A stretch of DNA of 63,318 nucleotides, the filler included, from Octopus bimaculoides (lineage: Eukaryota), in the NCBI RefSeq assembly GCF_001194135.2. It is 6 parts of 6 records of this genome, joined end to end, with 100 filler letters (N's around TTAATTAATTAA, not from the genome) between each part and the next. Parts side by side here need not be neighbours in the genome. Positions count along the whole stretch, not along the records: positions 60,735 to 63,318 come from NW_026305511.1; 5 more parts are not named here. The stretch is one strand, 5' to 3'. Both the position numbers and the translations under genes were made by a program. Position 1 is the stretch's first letter, and every line of letters begins with the position of its first letter. Positions 62,127-63,318 of the stretch are shown here, in pieces. The notes under the pieces are model-generated. The model was not told the origin of the DNA and did not search any database. It worked only from the letters and a program-made list of their open reading frames with translations.

Positions 62127-62436
62127 ATATGTATGTATATATATANNNNNNNNNNNNNNNNNNNNNNNNNNNNNNNNNNNNNNNNNNNNNNNNNNNNNNN
62201 NNNNNNNNNNNNNNNNNNNNNNNNNNNNNNNNNNNNNNNNNNNNNNNNNNNNNNNNNNNNNNNNNNNNNNNNNNNNNNNNNNNNNNNNNNNNNNNNNNNN
62301 NNNNNNNNNNNNNNNNNNNNNNNNNNNNNNNNNNNNNNNNNNNNNNNNNNNNNNNNNNNNNNNNNNNNNNNNNNNNNNNNNNNNNNNNNNNNNNNNNNNN
62401 NNNNNNNNNNNNNNNNNNNNNNNNNNNNNNNNNNNN

Positions 62437-62479
<43 letters not shown>

Positions 62480-62625
62480 ACACATACACACACACACACA
62501 CTTATATATACATATACAGAAAATCTGAAATTTAACATTGAAATATCTAAAAATTTTTAATTATTAGTTGCGAAATGTAAGCAAAACTTTATATCTGTCT
62601 GTGGGGTAAACAATATTGGAATTGT

Positions 62626-62916
62626 AGTAAAGATTGTTTGCCAACATAACATGGCAGTCCTGGTTTAGGACTAATGTTGCTGTAATTTAGTCTCAGGAAA
62701 CATCGTCTCCAGCTGGCTATACGACACGATCTGTGTCCTTACATTTTCGAACAAGGGATCTAGCATCCCCACTCAGCTCAAAACAATATCTGGGGCTAAA
62801 TTACAGCAACATTAGTCCTAAACCAGGACTGCCATGTTATGTTGGCAAACAATCTTTACTACAAAGTACTGTTGCTGAATATCTCACGTTGTGAGATTAA
62901 AAAATAGTAATTTTCT
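62626..62916. mobile_element. Unclassified fold-back element, copy 2 (opposite orientation to copy 1)
   Basis: Near-perfect inverted arms at about 62626-62690 and 62795-62860, flanked by the 14-bp direct repeat aatattggaattgt (62612-62625 and 62917-62930). Confidence 0.8.
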
Positions 62917-63318
62917 AATATTGGAATTGTCCTGATCAGTTTCATATCTATTTGGAGATTTATCGGAGAACAAGTACACTCTTCTTTCTGCCCTCAGAAA
63001 CACTGATAAATTTCAGATTACCAAAAAACACAAAAAAAACAGTGTGATATTTAATTAAATTAATCAATTTACCAATGTTAGTACAGTTAGCATCTGAGAC
63101 TAACCTTGTCAGCTCTGGTTTAATTTGTGTTTGATATAAATAGCTACGAGTATAAGCTATTAATCTCCTTGTGGACTGAGTAAGCAGGTACATGTTTACT
63201 GATTAAACTCCAAAATGGAGAAAGTCATCATGACAAGCTGTATATTTATTTGCTGACTGAGACATATAAACGTTTCATAGGCTTATAATTTGAGAACTAC
63301 ATTTCTACATTATATATA

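Noticed and set aside
30-63193. Most ORFs in the supplied track (poly-HT, YI, CV, poly-I/L/N/S, and X-filled ORFs)
   Set aside because: They are translations of microsatellites, N runs or SINEs, with no domain content or splice support.

Overview
A repeat-dense, AT-rich eukaryotic scaffold segment with roughly 8.5 kb of N gaps. The SINE families and microsatellite load suggest an octopus (coleoid cephalopod); this is inferred from recalled repeat families and not verified. Almost all entries in the supplied ORF track are artefacts of microsatellites or N runs. The real host coding sequence is five short exons found from splice sites and translation: three consecutive in-frame exons of an SLC5 sodium:solute symporter on the minus strand (23561-23510, 21898-21831, 15008-14928), one 92-bp nitric oxide synthase oxygenase exon on the plus strand (35777-35868), and the terminal coding exon of CFAP20 on the minus strand (58122-58009). 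The rest is dozens of tRNA-derived SINEs, fragments of non-LTR retrotransposons (Dong/R4-like, a second RLE-type family, HERO-like, RTE, CR1/L2-like), Penelope-like pieces with hammerhead ribozyme motifs, DNA transposon relics (mariner, Tc1, Tigger-like, Chapaev3-like, Merlin-like, possible Helitron and piggyBac-like MITEs) and simple repeats. The best leads are: a hammerhead-containing 329-bp unit with a 54-bp terminal redundancy (3697-4079); an unclassified cloverleaf-forming fold-back element present twice with different cargo and different TSD lengths (19532-19932, 62626-62916); an RLE-type LINE embedded in (TACA)n; and the isolated NOS exon, which implies antisense nesting of neighbouring genes. 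All counts and identities were made by eye. No CRISPR array, rRNA or genuine tRNA gene is visible.
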